Source of the DNA: Candidatus Nomurabacteria bacterium
GTDB lineage: Bacteria; Patescibacteriota; Minisyncoccia; Phycocordibacterales; UBA9973
Assembly (NCBI GenBank): GCA_037139835.1
Contig: JBAXFQ010000003.1
Coordinates: 1 to 63,252, forward strand
Length of the DNA: 63,252 nucleotides
Reading direction: 5' to 3'
A model generated the notes under the pieces. That model saw only the letters and a list, made by a program, of their open reading frames with translations, was not told the origin of the DNA and made no database searches. The position numbers and the translations under genes are program-made. Shown piece by piece: positions 24,263 through 34,473 of this stretch. The first letter of the stretch is position 1, and the number at the start of each line of letters is the position of its first letter.

Positions 24263-25921
24263 TCAAATAATATCAACAATTCTTAATCTTAATTCTGTTC
24301 TGCCTGCAAAAGTACTTTTCTCAAATGTAGCTACGAGATTAATCCTCTCTCCTTCCGATATTTTACTTTTAAAACTATCTCTGGTTTTAAAGAAAGCAAT
24401 AGCTTTTATTTGCTTACCATTACTATTTAAAAAACTTAATTCTAAATGATTTTTTTCTTTTCCAAATTCTTTTAATGTATGTATCGGTAATTCTTTAAAA
24501 AGAAATTTTGGTTTTGGATTCCCTGCTCCATAAGGAGCGAGCTTATCTATTACATTAAAGTTTCCGGTATTAACATCATCTATACTTATAAACGCCTCTG
24601 CTTCAGTCCCAACTATATCTTCTTCTACTTCTCTATCTTCACCATATACTTTTAATATTCTTTCTTCTAAAAAATGTATTTCTTCATGAGACACAGCAAA
24701 CCCTCCAGCACCCGCATGCCCACCAAAAGACGTCATTGTATTTTCTGGTAAAGAATTCATTATATCTACCAAGTTTATATTCCCCCATGAACGACAAGAG
24801 CCCTTCAACATTTCACTTCCATCAGAGCCCCATACAAAAACTGGCCTTTTATATTCTTCTACTATTTTTGAAGCGATAATTCCCAGCACTCCTATCCTCC
24901 AGCTTGGATTCCCTATGACTATTACTTTCTTATCTTCTCTTTTACTTAAGGTTTTATTTACCTCTTTCATAATGTTCGCCACCATATATTTACGGTCGTC
25001 ATTTATCTTTGCCAAATTATCAGCTGATGCTTTTGCTATTACCGAGTCCATAGCAGAAAGTGCTTCAAAGGCCATCATTGGATCTGCCATACGAGAGGCT
25101 GCGTTTATACGAGGAGCTAAAGTAAAAGTTACATCTTCTTCATTAAGTTTTGTAATATCGACAGATGCTTTACGAAAAATTTCTACAAGGCCAGGTCTTC
25201 GTCCTTTTTGTAAAACTTTTAAACCATAAGTAGCTAAAACTCTATTCTCGTCCAAGAGTGGAACTTGATCTGCAAGAGTTGCAATACCTACCATGTCGAG
25301 AAGCCATTTCTCCCAGCCTTTACTTATACCCCAATACTCTCCGTACTTTGATATCATCGCTTGGATAAGTTTAAAAGCAATCCCTGCTCCACAGAGCATT
25401 TTATCAGGATAGATACATCCAACTTGTTTTGGATTGAGTATTGCATAAGCATTTGGCAATCCATCAATACTCGGTAAGTGGTGGTCAGTAATAATCACAT
25501 CGATACCTCCAGCAGTTGCTTCTATGACTTCTGATATAGCAGTAATTCCTAAATCAAAAGTTATTAAAAGTTTTATTTCTTGATCTATAAAATTCTTAAT
25601 TGCATCCATATGTAGTCCATATCCTTCATCGTGCCTGTCTGGAATATATATCGAGAAATTTTCATAACCAATCTTTTTAAAGAAGTCATTCATTATTACA
25701 GCAGCGGGAATACCATCGCAGTCATAGTCAGTATAGATAACTATTTTCTCTTTTGCTTCTGTAGCTTCAAAAATACGCACACAAACTTTTTCCATATCTT
25801 TCATCAAAAAGGGGTCATATAAATGATTCTCGTAAGAAGGATATAGAAATTTATCTTTATCTTCATCTTTTATTCCCCTATTCTTCAAAAGTAGATCTAA
25901 AAATTCAATTTCATTCGGCAT
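24263..25921 (-). CDS. recJ: single-stranded-DNA-specific exonuclease RecJ (DHH/DHHA1)
   Basis: DYDCDG, DRHDEGYG, ITDHH and GGHAGAGG motifs. Confidence 0.92.
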   Translation of the reverse strand: MPNEIEFLDLLLKNRGIKDEDKDKFLYPSYENHLYDPFLMKDMEKVCVRIFEATEAKEKIVIYTDYDCDGIPAAVIMNDFFKKIGYENFSIYIPDRHDEGYGLHMDAIKNFIDQEIKLLITFDLGITAISEVIEATAGGIDVIITDHHLPSIDGLPNAYAILNPKQVGCIYPDKMLCGAGIAFKLIQAMISKYGEYWGISKGWEKWLLDMVGIATLADQVPLLDENRVLATYGLKVLQKGRRPGLVEIFRKASVDITKLNEEDVTFTLAPRINAASRMADPMMAFEALSAMDSVIAKASADNLAKINDDRKYMVANIMKEVNKTLSKREDKKVIVIGNPSWRIGVLGIIASKIVEEYKRPVFVWGSDGSEMLKGSCRSWGNINLVDIMNSLPENTMTSFGGHAGAGGFAVSHEEIHFLEERILKVYGEDREVEEDIVGTEAEAFISIDDVNTGNFNVIDKLAPYGAGNPKPKFLFKELPIHTLKEFGKEKNHLELSFLNSNGKQIKAIAFFKTRDSFKSKISEGERINLVATFEKSTFAGRTELRLRIVDII

Positions 25922-25983
25922 AATAATGATTGTAACATAAATATAAAACTCCCATACATGTATGAGAGTTTTATATTTTATCT

Positions 25984-27105
25984 TTATTTTAAAGCTTTTA
26001 TTCCAGGAAGAGTCCCCTTAGCTAGAAAGTCGAGAGTAGCACCACCTCCAGTAGAGACAAATCCTATCTTATCTCCAATCTTAAGTTTAGTTATAAGGGC
26101 GACTGTATCACCTCCTCCGACTATACTATTGGCTTTGCTCTTAGCGATTGATTTTAAAACTTTCTCTGTAGCACAACCGAATCCACTTTCGTATTTACCA
26201 AGTGGTCCATTCCAAAGAATAAATGATGCTTTTTGTATCAATCCGTCTAGAAGTTCTACTGTTCCTTTTCCGATATCAAGTATACTCTCATCACTCTGTA
26301 CTTCATCTGGCTTTATATTTCTAGATACACTTCCTTTTACTGCAACTACGTCTATAGGTAAAATCAAATTTTTATTCTTAAAGAAAGATTTAACTGGAAC
26401 GATGCCATCACTCACAAGCGAAGTACCTACTTCATATCCCTTACCTTTGAAGAAATCATTGGCGATTGCTCCTCCGATAAATACTTCATCTGCATCGCGT
26501 AGAAACTTTTTTATTAAAGGAATTTTTGTTTCAAATTTTGAACCACCTAAAATAAAAAGGAATGGATGTTTTGGACTGAAAGCTTTAGAAAGCTCACTGA
26601 CTTCATCGAGTAATTGTAGTCCAGCATATGAAGGTAGACATTTTGTGATACCAACAACAGAAGCATGAGCTCTATGAGAAACAGAGAAAGCATCATTTAC
26701 ATAAATATCTCCATATCTTGATATTCCTCTGGCAAAAGAAGGTGAATTTTTCTTCTCTCCTATCTCACGACGAAGATTCTCGAGCATTGATACATCTCCA
26801 TTTTTCAGACTAAAAATAGTTTTTTTAGTCTCATCCGAGAAAATAGAAGACTCTATAAAATGAAGCTCTGGTAAATACTTTTTAAGCCTTATAGCTACAG
26901 GTTTTAAACTAGAAACAGCATCATCTCCGATGTGTGCCATGAGTATAATTATCGCTCCTTTTTTCTTTAAATACTCTATTGTTGGTAAAGCTGCTTTAAT
27001 CCTAAAATCATCCAAGATTTTTCCGTCCTTCATGGGGACATTAAAGTCTACACGGACGAGAACTCGCTTGCCTTTCAAAACTTCAATGTCTTTAATAGAT
27101 TTCAT
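25984..27105 (-). CDS. pgk: phosphoglycerate kinase
   Basis: VRVDFNVP..., ...GGGDT... motifs; 373 aa. Confidence 0.93.
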   Translation of the reverse strand: MKSIKDIEVLKGKRVLVRVDFNVPMKDGKILDDFRIKAALPTIEYLKKKGAIIILMAHIGDDAVSSLKPVAIRLKKYLPELHFIESSIFSDETKKTIFSLKNGDVSMLENLRREIGEKKNSPSFARGISRYGDIYVNDAFSVSHRAHASVVGITKCLPSYAGLQLLDEVSELSKAFSPKHPFLFILGGSKFETKIPLIKKFLRDADEVFIGGAIANDFFKGKGYEVGTSLVSDGIVPVKSFFKNKNLILPIDVVAVKGSVSRNIKPDEVQSDESILDIGKGTVELLDGLIQKASFILWNGPLGKYESGFGCATEKVLKSIAKSKANSIVGGGDTVALITKLKIGDKIGFVSTGGGATLDFLAKGTLPGIKALK

Positions 27106-27114
27106 ATTTATATT

Positions 27115-27876
27115 TTATTTTGCCAAATTAATAATAGCACTAAATTTCTTTGGACTTAGACTATCTCGTCCAACAAGCAATCCCAAGGCTCCCCCTTCTT
27201 TTACAAATGGTTCTGCATTAAAAGGATTGACCGAACCACCGTAAATAATTCGAATCTCATTTGCGGTTTTAATATCATACATATCTGAAATTATTTTTTT
27301 AATAAAAATTCTTATTTCTGTAAATTCAGAAGGTGTAGCTTCTCTTACGGCATGGCTTCCGATAGCCCATATCGGCTCGTAAGCAATAACTATATTTTTG
27401 ACTTGTGATTTAGTGACTTCTGCAAGGCCTTCTATTAATTGTTCTTTTATAAAAGAAAGATAAAAACCATTTGTATCTCTCTTGCTTTCTCCTATACAAA
27501 AAATTGGGGTAATCTTTGATTTAATTGCCATCAAAATTTTCTTATTAACTACTGCATTGGTGTCTCCCAGTGTTCTCCTCTCTGAGTGCCCTACTATCAC
27601 ATACTCTACTCCCATATTTTTAAGCATAGAAGCTGAAACTTCGCCGGTAAAGGAACCTTCTTTTTCATAGAAAATATCTTGACTACCTAACTTAATACTT
27701 TTATTTTTAATTTTTTCTTTAATAAAGAGAAATGGAAATGGAAGACAGACAACTATATCTATATTTTTTAAATTCTTTATTGATGTAGATATACCTCTAA
27801 AAATAATTTCCGCCTCTTTCTTTGATTGCGGATTCATCTTCCAATTGGCAACTATTACCTTGTTTATATCTTTCAT
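27115..27876 (-). CDS. tpiA: triosephosphate isomerase
   Basis: VANWKMN, VGHSERR, AYEPIWAIG, GGS motifs. Confidence 0.95.
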   Translation of the reverse strand: MKDINKVIVANWKMNPQSKKEAEIIFRGISTSIKNLKNIDIVVCLPFPFLFIKEKIKNKSIKLGSQDIFYEKEGSFTGEVSASMLKNMGVEYVIVGHSERRTLGDTNAVVNKKILMAIKSKITPIFCIGESKRDTNGFYLSFIKEQLIEGLAEVTKSQVKNIVIAYEPIWAIGSHAVREATPSEFTEIRIFIKKIISDMYDIKTANEIRIIYGGSVNPFNAEPFVKEGGALGLLVGRDSLSPKKFSAIINLAK

Positions 27877-27908
27877 TCCCCTATTTTAACACAAAATGGC
27901 CAAAATCG

Positions 27909-29639
27909 TTATTCGACTTCTTTCCAACTCTCGATGTTCCAGGTCCCGGAAGGCCCACTTACAAAATTTGCATTTGCTAAACCATTATCATAAGTAATAA
28001 CTGCATTATTATTCAAGTGAATATTATATCCTGTTAGAGAGATAGCTGTACCATTATTGTCTATATTGATCGTGCCGTTTGATGCATATAATGCAACAGC
28101 TCCACCATTGTTCGATAAGTTTATAGCAGAAGTTGAGGAAGAAGTACTTAATGCCATCATATAACTACCCGGACTTCCTGATCCCTGAAATGTTGCATTA
28201 TTACTTATATTTATAGTCCCATCTACAACAATAACTCCCTCAGAAGTTCCATATCCGGGACTTAGTTTCATAGATGAATTATTCTCTATAACTAGATTAC
28301 CTTGCACCCATATATTTCCACTCATTGTAAGAGTGCGTCCATTATTAACAGTCAGATTTCCTGTTATCTTTTTAGGACCAAGTGTCATACTAGATGGAAT
28401 AGTATAATTCCCTGTTATGGCTCCACCCAAGGCTGCAGCATCTTTCCAATCTTGTATATTTTGCTCTGATATAGGCATCGCAACTTGAACTGGATCACTT
28501 TTAGACAAATCACAACTCTTATTATTACCAGAACCAGTTTGACAGTAATTTATTCCTTTTACTGTGGTATTTGTAACAGTATGAGAATATGTGTTACCAA
28601 TAGAACCATTCCCAACAGTTATACCATCTATCAATCCGGTAAGGCCTCCTAAATAAATATTAAAGAAAGCATCAAGTGTCGATGGTGAATTACTACTCCA
28701 TATAGTATTGTATGTGCCGATCTTACTTGCACCATTTGAGTAACCATCATTATTTGCTCCAATCTTGAAATATTTTGAAGGCGAAGTCGAAGAGTCAATA
28801 ACTATCCAGTACTTTATACCCGATGCGAGTTGTATATAACTAGGAAAAGGGATATCTACCCATCCGTAATTTGTTGAAATTAACGAGGCATCAAGAATAG
28901 CGGAAGTCAAAGTTGTATTACTAGGATTATTGTTCGAATCAGTTACTATTCGGACAGTTATACTAGAAGGAGCTCCAACTTTTTTAATATTTAATTGTAT
29001 TTTATTTAATGTTCCCGTCTCATTCATTTGAAAACTTTGAGCAAAATCTTGAGTGGAATTTGTATTTCCAAAAGCTATATCATAAGGAGGAACTCCTGTA
29101 CCATTTGATTGACTAGATTCTAAGGCTGGAGAATTTGCAGAAGTTGCACTACCGGTTATAGACCCAGACCCTGTTATATGACCATTTGCATACACACTTC
29201 CTATAATCTTTGAGCCATTCGCCATAGTGAAGCCACCTGCTCCAACTTGAACTCCATAACTGAAAGCAACTCCAACTCCCGTATCTAGAACAATACCCAA
29301 TTTTCTCTCGATGTTACCAGTATATCCCAGTGAAGTAATTTCTTTTTGATTATTTGCCAAGCTAGCTATTGTGGTAGTAGTCTCAGAGTTACCCAAGGTA
29401 AGAGTTTGACTGCTACTTGTCTTCTTACTATTTCTAAGTCTATATATCACATCTTCTACACCTGATTCTGCTAAAAAGTAAGTTTGTTTTGATTTAAAAT
29501 TATCGCTAGAAATTTTATACTCACGAACTGTTGGACTAACTACCCCTATCAATATAGTTACACTTATAAATACGAAAAATAATACCAATACCATCATAGC
29601 AGCACCCCCATTGTATTTAATTCTATTATTATAATTCAT
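27909..29639 (-). CDS. large PilX-N-like pilus-associated protein (tip or adhesin candidate)
   Basis: N-terminal hydrophobic helix AAMMVLVLFFVFISVTILIG followed by KQTYFLAESGVEDVIYRL (PilX_N-like). Long Asn/Gly/Ser/Thr-rich body. Last gene of the pilus string. Confidence 0.55.
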   Translation of the reverse strand: MNYNNRIKYNGGAAMMVLVLFFVFISVTILIGVVSPTVREYKISSDNFKSKQTYFLAESGVEDVIYRLRNSKKTSSSQTLTLGNSETTTTIASLANNQKEITSLGYTGNIERKLGIVLDTGVGVAFSYGVQVGAGGFTMANGSKIIGSVYANGHITGSGSITGSATSANSPALESSQSNGTGVPPYDIAFGNTNSTQDFAQSFQMNETGTLNKIQLNIKKVGAPSSITVRIVTDSNNNPSNTTLTSAILDASLISTNYGWVDIPFPSYIQLASGIKYWIVIDSSTSPSKYFKIGANNDGYSNGASKIGTYNTIWSSNSPSTLDAFFNIYLGGLTGLIDGITVGNGSIGNTYSHTVTNTTVKGINYCQTGSGNNKSCDLSKSDPVQVAMPISEQNIQDWKDAAALGGAITGNYTIPSSMTLGPKKITGNLTVNNGRTLTMSGNIWVQGNLVIENNSSMKLSPGYGTSEGVIVVDGTINISNNATFQGSGSPGSYMMALSTSSSTSAINLSNNGGAVALYASNGTINIDNNGTAISLTGYNIHLNNNAVITYDNGLANANFVSGPSGTWNIESWKEVE

Positions 29640-29641
29640 TA

Positions 29642-30211
29642 TTAATTTTTAATACTTCCTCTTAAAAAGACTGTATCATAAAAAGATTCAGACTTTTCAG
29701 ACTTACTCTTAATGTCCCTTAATACTATCTTTATTTTTAATCCTTCACTCCGTACAGTAGAAATACGATCAAAAGAAAGTGCCGTAATAACTACATTTTG
29801 AGTTAATAAATTGCCAACTAGAGATCCATTATTATAAATATTAAAATCGTCGCCCTCTTTGATAAATTTAAAAACTACAGAATTCCCAGAACTATCTGTG
29901 CTATTTAGTTGTAAAATATTTCCTCCATTAACCTGACTATTAATTACATCTATATTTTTAGATTGTCTGATTTCTCTAGAAATTCTTTCCATAGAAAAAG
30001 TTCCAGAATTCAATAAATCATGGTTTGATCTTATCTCTCTAAAAGAATAAATCACAATAATAAATGAATTAATGACCAAAATAGATATTGCTGTAAAAAT
30101 AGCAAGATAGACCACTATCTCTATCAAACTAAACCCCCACATCAAATTAACCTTTTTTCTTAAATTTGGTGCGGGGGTAAATCCTCTTTTAATTTTAAAT
30201 TTAAAATTCAT
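29642..30211 (-). CDS. prepilin-type N-terminal cleavage/methylation domain protein (minor pilin)
   Basis: ...MWG/FSLIEIVVYLAIFTAISIL class III signal. Confidence 0.8.
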   Translation of the reverse strand: MNFKFKIKRGFTPAPNLRKKVNLMWGFSLIEIVVYLAIFTAISILVINSFIIVIYSFREIRSNHDLLNSGTFSMERISREIRQSKNIDVINSQVNGGNILQLNSTDSSGNSVVFKFIKEGDDFNIYNNGSLVGNLLTQNVVITALSFDRISTVRSEGLKIKIVLRDIKSKSEKSESFYDTVFLRGSIKN

Positions 30212-30221
30212 TTAATAATTA

Positions 30222-30794
30222 TTAATTAAAAATATCCGCTATATAAAAAGATAAACTTTTAGAATTAGTAATCCCACCATTGCTCCAAATAGCCATTATT
30301 GTAATTTTCTTTGTTCGAGGGTCAATCGTTCCACCAGTGGATACTATATCATCGTTTATATCTCTATTCACAGAAGAAATAGTAACAACACGCCTGAAAA
30401 CTCCATCTATGGGATAACTTGGAATAGATCCTGATAGTGTCGTAGTTGTTATATTATTTAATGACCACACTTTAGATGTTGTATCGAAAAATAAATAATA
30501 TGGAGTATTGAGTGCTAATCCATTGATAGTCTCCCAATTATTATCCCTTATTGATTTAACAGCCTCAGCTCCTTCTTCGAGTAGAAAACTTGCTTGTGAT
30601 TTAGTCAGGGCGTATTCTGATAAGCTTATCCCCTTTTGAGCAGTTTGCATCAAAGCAAACATAGAAATAGTTATTATAGAGCAAGCTACAAGAACCTCAA
30701 TGATCGTAAACCCACACCCACACTTTTTTTTACTCTTAAAAGTAGGTGCCAAGGTAAACATTTGTATTAATTTTTTATTTTTTAAAAAAATCAT
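30222..30794 (-). CDS. prepilin-type N-terminal domain protein (minor pilin)
   Basis: ...CGCG/FTIIEVLVACSIITISMFAL. Confidence 0.8.
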   Translation of the reverse strand: MIFLKNKKLIQMFTLAPTFKSKKKCGCGFTIIEVLVACSIITISMFALMQTAQKGISLSEYALTKSQASFLLEEGAEAVKSIRDNNWETINGLALNTPYYLFFDTTSKVWSLNNITTTTLSGSIPSYPIDGVFRRVVTISSVNRDINDDIVSTGGTIDPRTKKITIMAIWSNGGITNSKSLSFYIADIFN

Positions 30795-30795
30795 T

Positions 30796-31293
30796 TTAAT
30801 TTGAACTTATAAGACCGGTTTTATTTATTGTAATTGTCTTTTGTTTTGAAGCATCAGATTTTAATCTTAAAATAAGAGTACCTCCCATTGTCTCACCAGT
30901 TAATCTTTCAAAAGTCACATCATTCCCTCCTCCTCCTAAATTTATTCCATCTATTGCGGGGATGGAAACATTTGCATTAAAATTAATCTTTTCATTACTT
31001 GAATCTAAAGCAGAATAAATACTTCCTGAAAATAAAACCGCCTTATCTACTTCGAAATGAACACTATAATTATTGGAATTAACTGAAGATAGAGTATTTT
31101 GCCTGGCTTTATCTAAAAGACTTACAATTTCCATCTCTGCATTCTTCAAATCTTGTTCATTTCTAAAATTAGATAAGTTAAATAATACTATCGATGAAAT
31201 TACCGTAACTATTGCTATTATTATGAGAATTTCCATAAGAGTAAATCCAGAAGATTTATATTTGTTATTATTTATTTTAAGAAAATTAAACAT
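30796..31293 (-). CDS. prepilin-type N-terminal domain protein (minor pilin, GspH/FimT-like size)
   Basis: ...KSSG/FTLMEILIIIAIVTVISSIV. Confidence 0.8.
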   Translation of the reverse strand: MFNFLKINNNKYKSSGFTLMEILIIIAIVTVISSIVLFNLSNFRNEQDLKNAEMEIVSLLDKARQNTLSSVNSNNYSVHFEVDKAVLFSGSIYSALDSSNEKINFNANVSIPAIDGINLGGGGNDVTFERLTGETMGGTLILRLKSDASKQKTITINKTGLISSN

Positions 31294-31301
31294 ATTATAT
31301 A

Positions 31302-32516
31302 TTATTTTATATTATCCATAACTGAATACATGGGTTTGATCATGGCAATAGCAAAGAATCCGACGGCTACTCCTATAAATATCATTAATACTGGTTCTAT
31401 TATAGTCGAAAGATTTTTAGTTTTATTGTCTATTTCATTTTCATAAAAAGCGGCTATATCTATAAGCATCTGAGACAGTTTTCCAGTTTCTTCTCCCACT
31501 TCTATCATTTCTCCTACCATTATAGGATAAAGATCCGTATGCTCTTTAAAAGAGATAGATAGAACGATTCCTTTTTCTATTGAATTTATCGAATTATGAA
31601 TCAATTCTTTATAGTGAACATTTTGTAAAACTTCTTCCGTTATACTTAAAGCTTTAGACAGGTCTACTCCTGATGATAGCAGTGAAGATAAAGTCCTAGC
31701 AGTACGTGCTGTATTCATCTCCTTTATCAAAGTTCCTAATATTGGTAGCTTCAAAATAATTAAATCAAAATATCTTCTCGTGATTGAGAACTTAGATATC
31801 AAAATACCTATAGCAATTAAAGCTCCTATAAATAATACAAAAATTGGAAAATGCTGACTTAAAGTATCAGATATAAATATAATAAATTGAGTTGAAGCTG
31901 GTAGTGGCACTCCTATATCAACAAAAGTCTTAGTGAGTGTCGGCACTACATATATCATCATTAATACTCCAATAGCAAAAATAGCTATGATGATAACACT
32001 TGGGTATATCATCGCTCCTTTTATTTTCTTATTTAAATCATAAGTTTTTTTAAGGGTGACACCTATTTCCTTTAGAGTATTTGGTAAGCCTCCTGACTCT
32101 TCTCCCGAATGAACCATCGAAATAAATACTCCAGAAAATACTTTTGGGAATTTTTTCATACCAGTCGATAGAGTGTCCCCTTTGTCTATTCCATCTATAA
32201 GACTCTTCAAAATACTTTTAAAATATTTATTTGTAGTTTGCTTCTCTAAAACTGATAAAGCTCTAGTCAACGATAGCCCTGCTGAAAGCATTCCACTTAG
32301 ATTATTTGTAAACATTATTTTTTCAGATAAAGACACTCTATTAAATATTTTTATATCCATAGAGAAACCAGTTTCTTTTACTCCTAACTCTTTTATAGAC
32401 AGAGGAGTACCCCCTCTTTCTCTTATCTCTCTAGCTAGGGAGAATTTATCTAAAGACTCAGCAAGTCCTTCTACTAATTTACCTTCTTTATTTTGTTCTT
32501 TAAATTTAAATTTCAT
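31302..32516 (-). CDS. pilC: type IV pilus / type II secretion platform protein (GspF/PilC family)
   Basis: 404 aa with two repeats of the GspF domain and three TM segments; adjacent to pilB. Confidence 0.9.
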   Translation of the reverse strand: MKFKFKEQNKEGKLVEGLAESLDKFSLAREIRERGGTPLSIKELGVKETGFSMDIKIFNRVSLSEKIMFTNNLSGMLSAGLSLTRALSVLEKQTTNKYFKSILKSLIDGIDKGDTLSTGMKKFPKVFSGVFISMVHSGEESGGLPNTLKEIGVTLKKTYDLNKKIKGAMIYPSVIIIAIFAIGVLMMIYVVPTLTKTFVDIGVPLPASTQFIIFISDTLSQHFPIFVLFIGALIAIGILISKFSITRRYFDLIILKLPILGTLIKEMNTARTARTLSSLLSSGVDLSKALSITEEVLQNVHYKELIHNSINSIEKGIVLSISFKEHTDLYPIMVGEMIEVGEETGKLSQMLIDIAAFYENEIDNKTKNLSTIIEPVLMIFIGVAVGFFAIAMIKPMYSVMDNIK

Positions 32517-32634
32517 CCCGTTAGAAGCAGGTCGCGGTCGTTATGTTTTAATAACTAATACAACTTACTATTTTTTATTTAAAATGATTATTATTTATTT
32601 ACTTTTTTATCCCGTGACCGCGGCTTCTAACGGG
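32517..32634. mobile_element. ORF-less inverted-repeat (MITE-like) element sharing its termini with the GIY-YIG unit
   Basis: Left arm CCCGTTAGAAGC[aggt]CGCGGTC (32517-32539). Right arm GACCGCGGCTTCTAACGGG (32616-32634). This gives 19 potential bp with a 4-nt bulge around a 76-nt AT-rich interior. It abuts the pilC ATG. Confidence 0.45.
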
Positions 32635-32644
32635 ATTCATTCCT

Positions 32645-34408
32645 TTACTCAGAAACTACACGTAAGACCTCTTCAGTAGAAGTAATACCTGAAGCAACTA
32701 AGAATATACCATCCTCAAGCATTGTCATCATTCCCTCTCTTCTTGCTACTTTTTCTATATCATCAGTTGAAGAATTTTTCAAAATCATTTCTTTTATTGT
32801 AGTACTAACTTCTAAAACTTCATGAATTCCAACACGACCCTTATACCCATCAGGCGTTTCTTTGTTAGGCTTTGGTTTATAAAAAGGAATATCTTTCCAC
32901 ACAGCAGTCGAAGGAACTATATTTTCCTTTTTCAGATTTTCAAGAACTACTTCTAAGTTGACAACTTTACTTAAAGCATTTAATTCTACATCACTCAAAT
33001 AATATTGTTCTTTTTCTTCTGAAAGTTTACGAACTAAACGTTGTGCAATGACCGTCTTAACAGTTGAGACGATAAGGAAGGGTTCAACCCCCATATCAAC
33101 CATACGTGGTATTGCCCCTGCCGCTGAATTCGTATGTATAGTAGATAAAACTAAATGACCAGTTAAAGATGCATTCACTGCCAAAGAAGCAGTCTCTCCG
33201 TCACGAATCTCTCCTACCATTATTATGTCTGGATCTTGACGAAGAAGAGTTCTCAAACCATTAGCAAAAGTTAATCCGATTTCGGCTTTAGTTTGAGTTT
33301 GGTTTATTCTTGCCATCTGATATTCTATAGGATCTTCAACTGTTGAAATATTTACATCGGGAGTATTTAAAATATCGAGCATAGTATATAGAGTCGTTGT
33401 CTTTCCAGATCCGGTTGGGCCAGCGGTAAGAAGCATTCCATTTCTTTTCTTCATCCCTCTGTGGATTCTCTCTAGCGCTTCACCATGAAAACCAAGACCT
33501 TCTAAAGAAAAACCTTTTGCATTTTCTCTTAAAATACGGATGACTATCTTTTCTCCAAAATAAGTTGGTAGAGTAGAAACACGAAAAGATACCCTTCCAG
33601 AATCATTTACGATTTTAAATCTTCCATCTTGAGGAAGACGCTTTTCATCAAGTTTTAAGTTCGAAAGAACTTTAATGCGAGCTACTATACCCGGAGCTGT
33701 ATCTTTTGATAATATCATCGCATCATGTAGCATTCCATCTATCCGATACCTAACCACCAAAGAATCTTCACATGGTTCTATATGAATATCAGAAGATCCC
33801 TGCGATATAGCATGAGATATCAAGGTATCTACAATTTTTACTATTGGTAAATCTTCAGCTAGTTCCTTCTCTGTCTTATCTTTTGTATCAATTTTTTCTC
33901 CTAATAAAGGATTTTCTAGTGTAGATTTTATGGAGTTACTCTCTTTTTTGATAATATCTTCGAAGTCTGCTTGTAAACTTTTTTTATATAACAACAATGC
34001 TTCCTTAATTGAATCTGAGGAGGTCATACGTGGTAAGATTTTTATCCCTACTTTCTTTTTTATAAAATCGATAACGGGCAAATTGTCCACGTCTAACATA
34101 GCTACTTCAAGACCGCCAGATGATTTCTTATAAGAAATAATATTATTACTTCTAGCGATTGGTTCTGGAATTAAGTTCAAAACTTCTTTTGGTATACGTT
34201 CTCCTTTTAAACTGACAAAAGGAATTCCGAGTGATACAGCTTGCATACTATTCCAATCTTTTTCTGTTAACATACCTTCACTCATCAAAATAGAACCTAG
34301 TGATTGATTTGTTTCTTTTGCTTTTTTCAAAGCCATAGATACATCATTTTTACTAACTAACCCAGATGTATTTAATAGTTTTACAATTGTACCTTCATCG
34401 ATATGCAT
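32645..34408 (-). CDS. pilB: type IV pilus assembly ATPase (GspE/PilB family)
   Basis: GPTGSGKTTT Walker A, DPDIIMVGEIRD Walker B region, N-terminal GSPII_E-like domain. Confidence 0.93.
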   Translation of the reverse strand: MHIDEGTIVKLLNTSGLVSKNDVSMALKKAKETNQSLGSILMSEGMLTEKDWNSMQAVSLGIPFVSLKGERIPKEVLNLIPEPIARSNNIISYKKSSGGLEVAMLDVDNLPVIDFIKKKVGIKILPRMTSSDSIKEALLLYKKSLQADFEDIIKKESNSIKSTLENPLLGEKIDTKDKTEKELAEDLPIVKIVDTLISHAISQGSSDIHIEPCEDSLVVRYRIDGMLHDAMILSKDTAPGIVARIKVLSNLKLDEKRLPQDGRFKIVNDSGRVSFRVSTLPTYFGEKIVIRILRENAKGFSLEGLGFHGEALERIHRGMKKRNGMLLTAGPTGSGKTTTLYTMLDILNTPDVNISTVEDPIEYQMARINQTQTKAEIGLTFANGLRTLLRQDPDIIMVGEIRDGETASLAVNASLTGHLVLSTIHTNSAAGAIPRMVDMGVEPFLIVSTVKTVIAQRLVRKLSEEKEQYYLSDVELNALSKVVNLEVVLENLKKENIVPSTAVWKDIPFYKPKPNKETPDGYKGRVGIHEVLEVSTTIKEMILKNSSTDDIEKVARREGMMTMLEDGIFLVASGITSTEEVLRVVSE

Positions 34409-34426
34409 ATCTATAGTATATCAAAT

Positions 34427-34459
34427 TAAAAGCTCCTCCACTATAATGGAAGAGCTTTT
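34427..34459 (-). terminator. intrinsic terminator after the DsbB-like gene, upstream of pilB
   Basis: AAAAGCTCCTCC-actataat-GGAAGAGCTTTT (imperfect). Confidence 0.65.
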
Positions 34460-34473
34460 GATTTTAAAAATAA

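Noticed and set aside
25958-26668. Plus-strand 236-aa ORF.
   Set aside because: It is entirely antisense to the well-supported pgk gene, and its Pro/Ser-rich translation is typical of a shadow frame.
32173-32679. Plus-strand 168-aa ORF crossing the pilC start, the inverted-repeat element and the pilB end.
   Set aside because: It is antisense to pilC and pilB and runs through the palindromic element. It has no supporting features.
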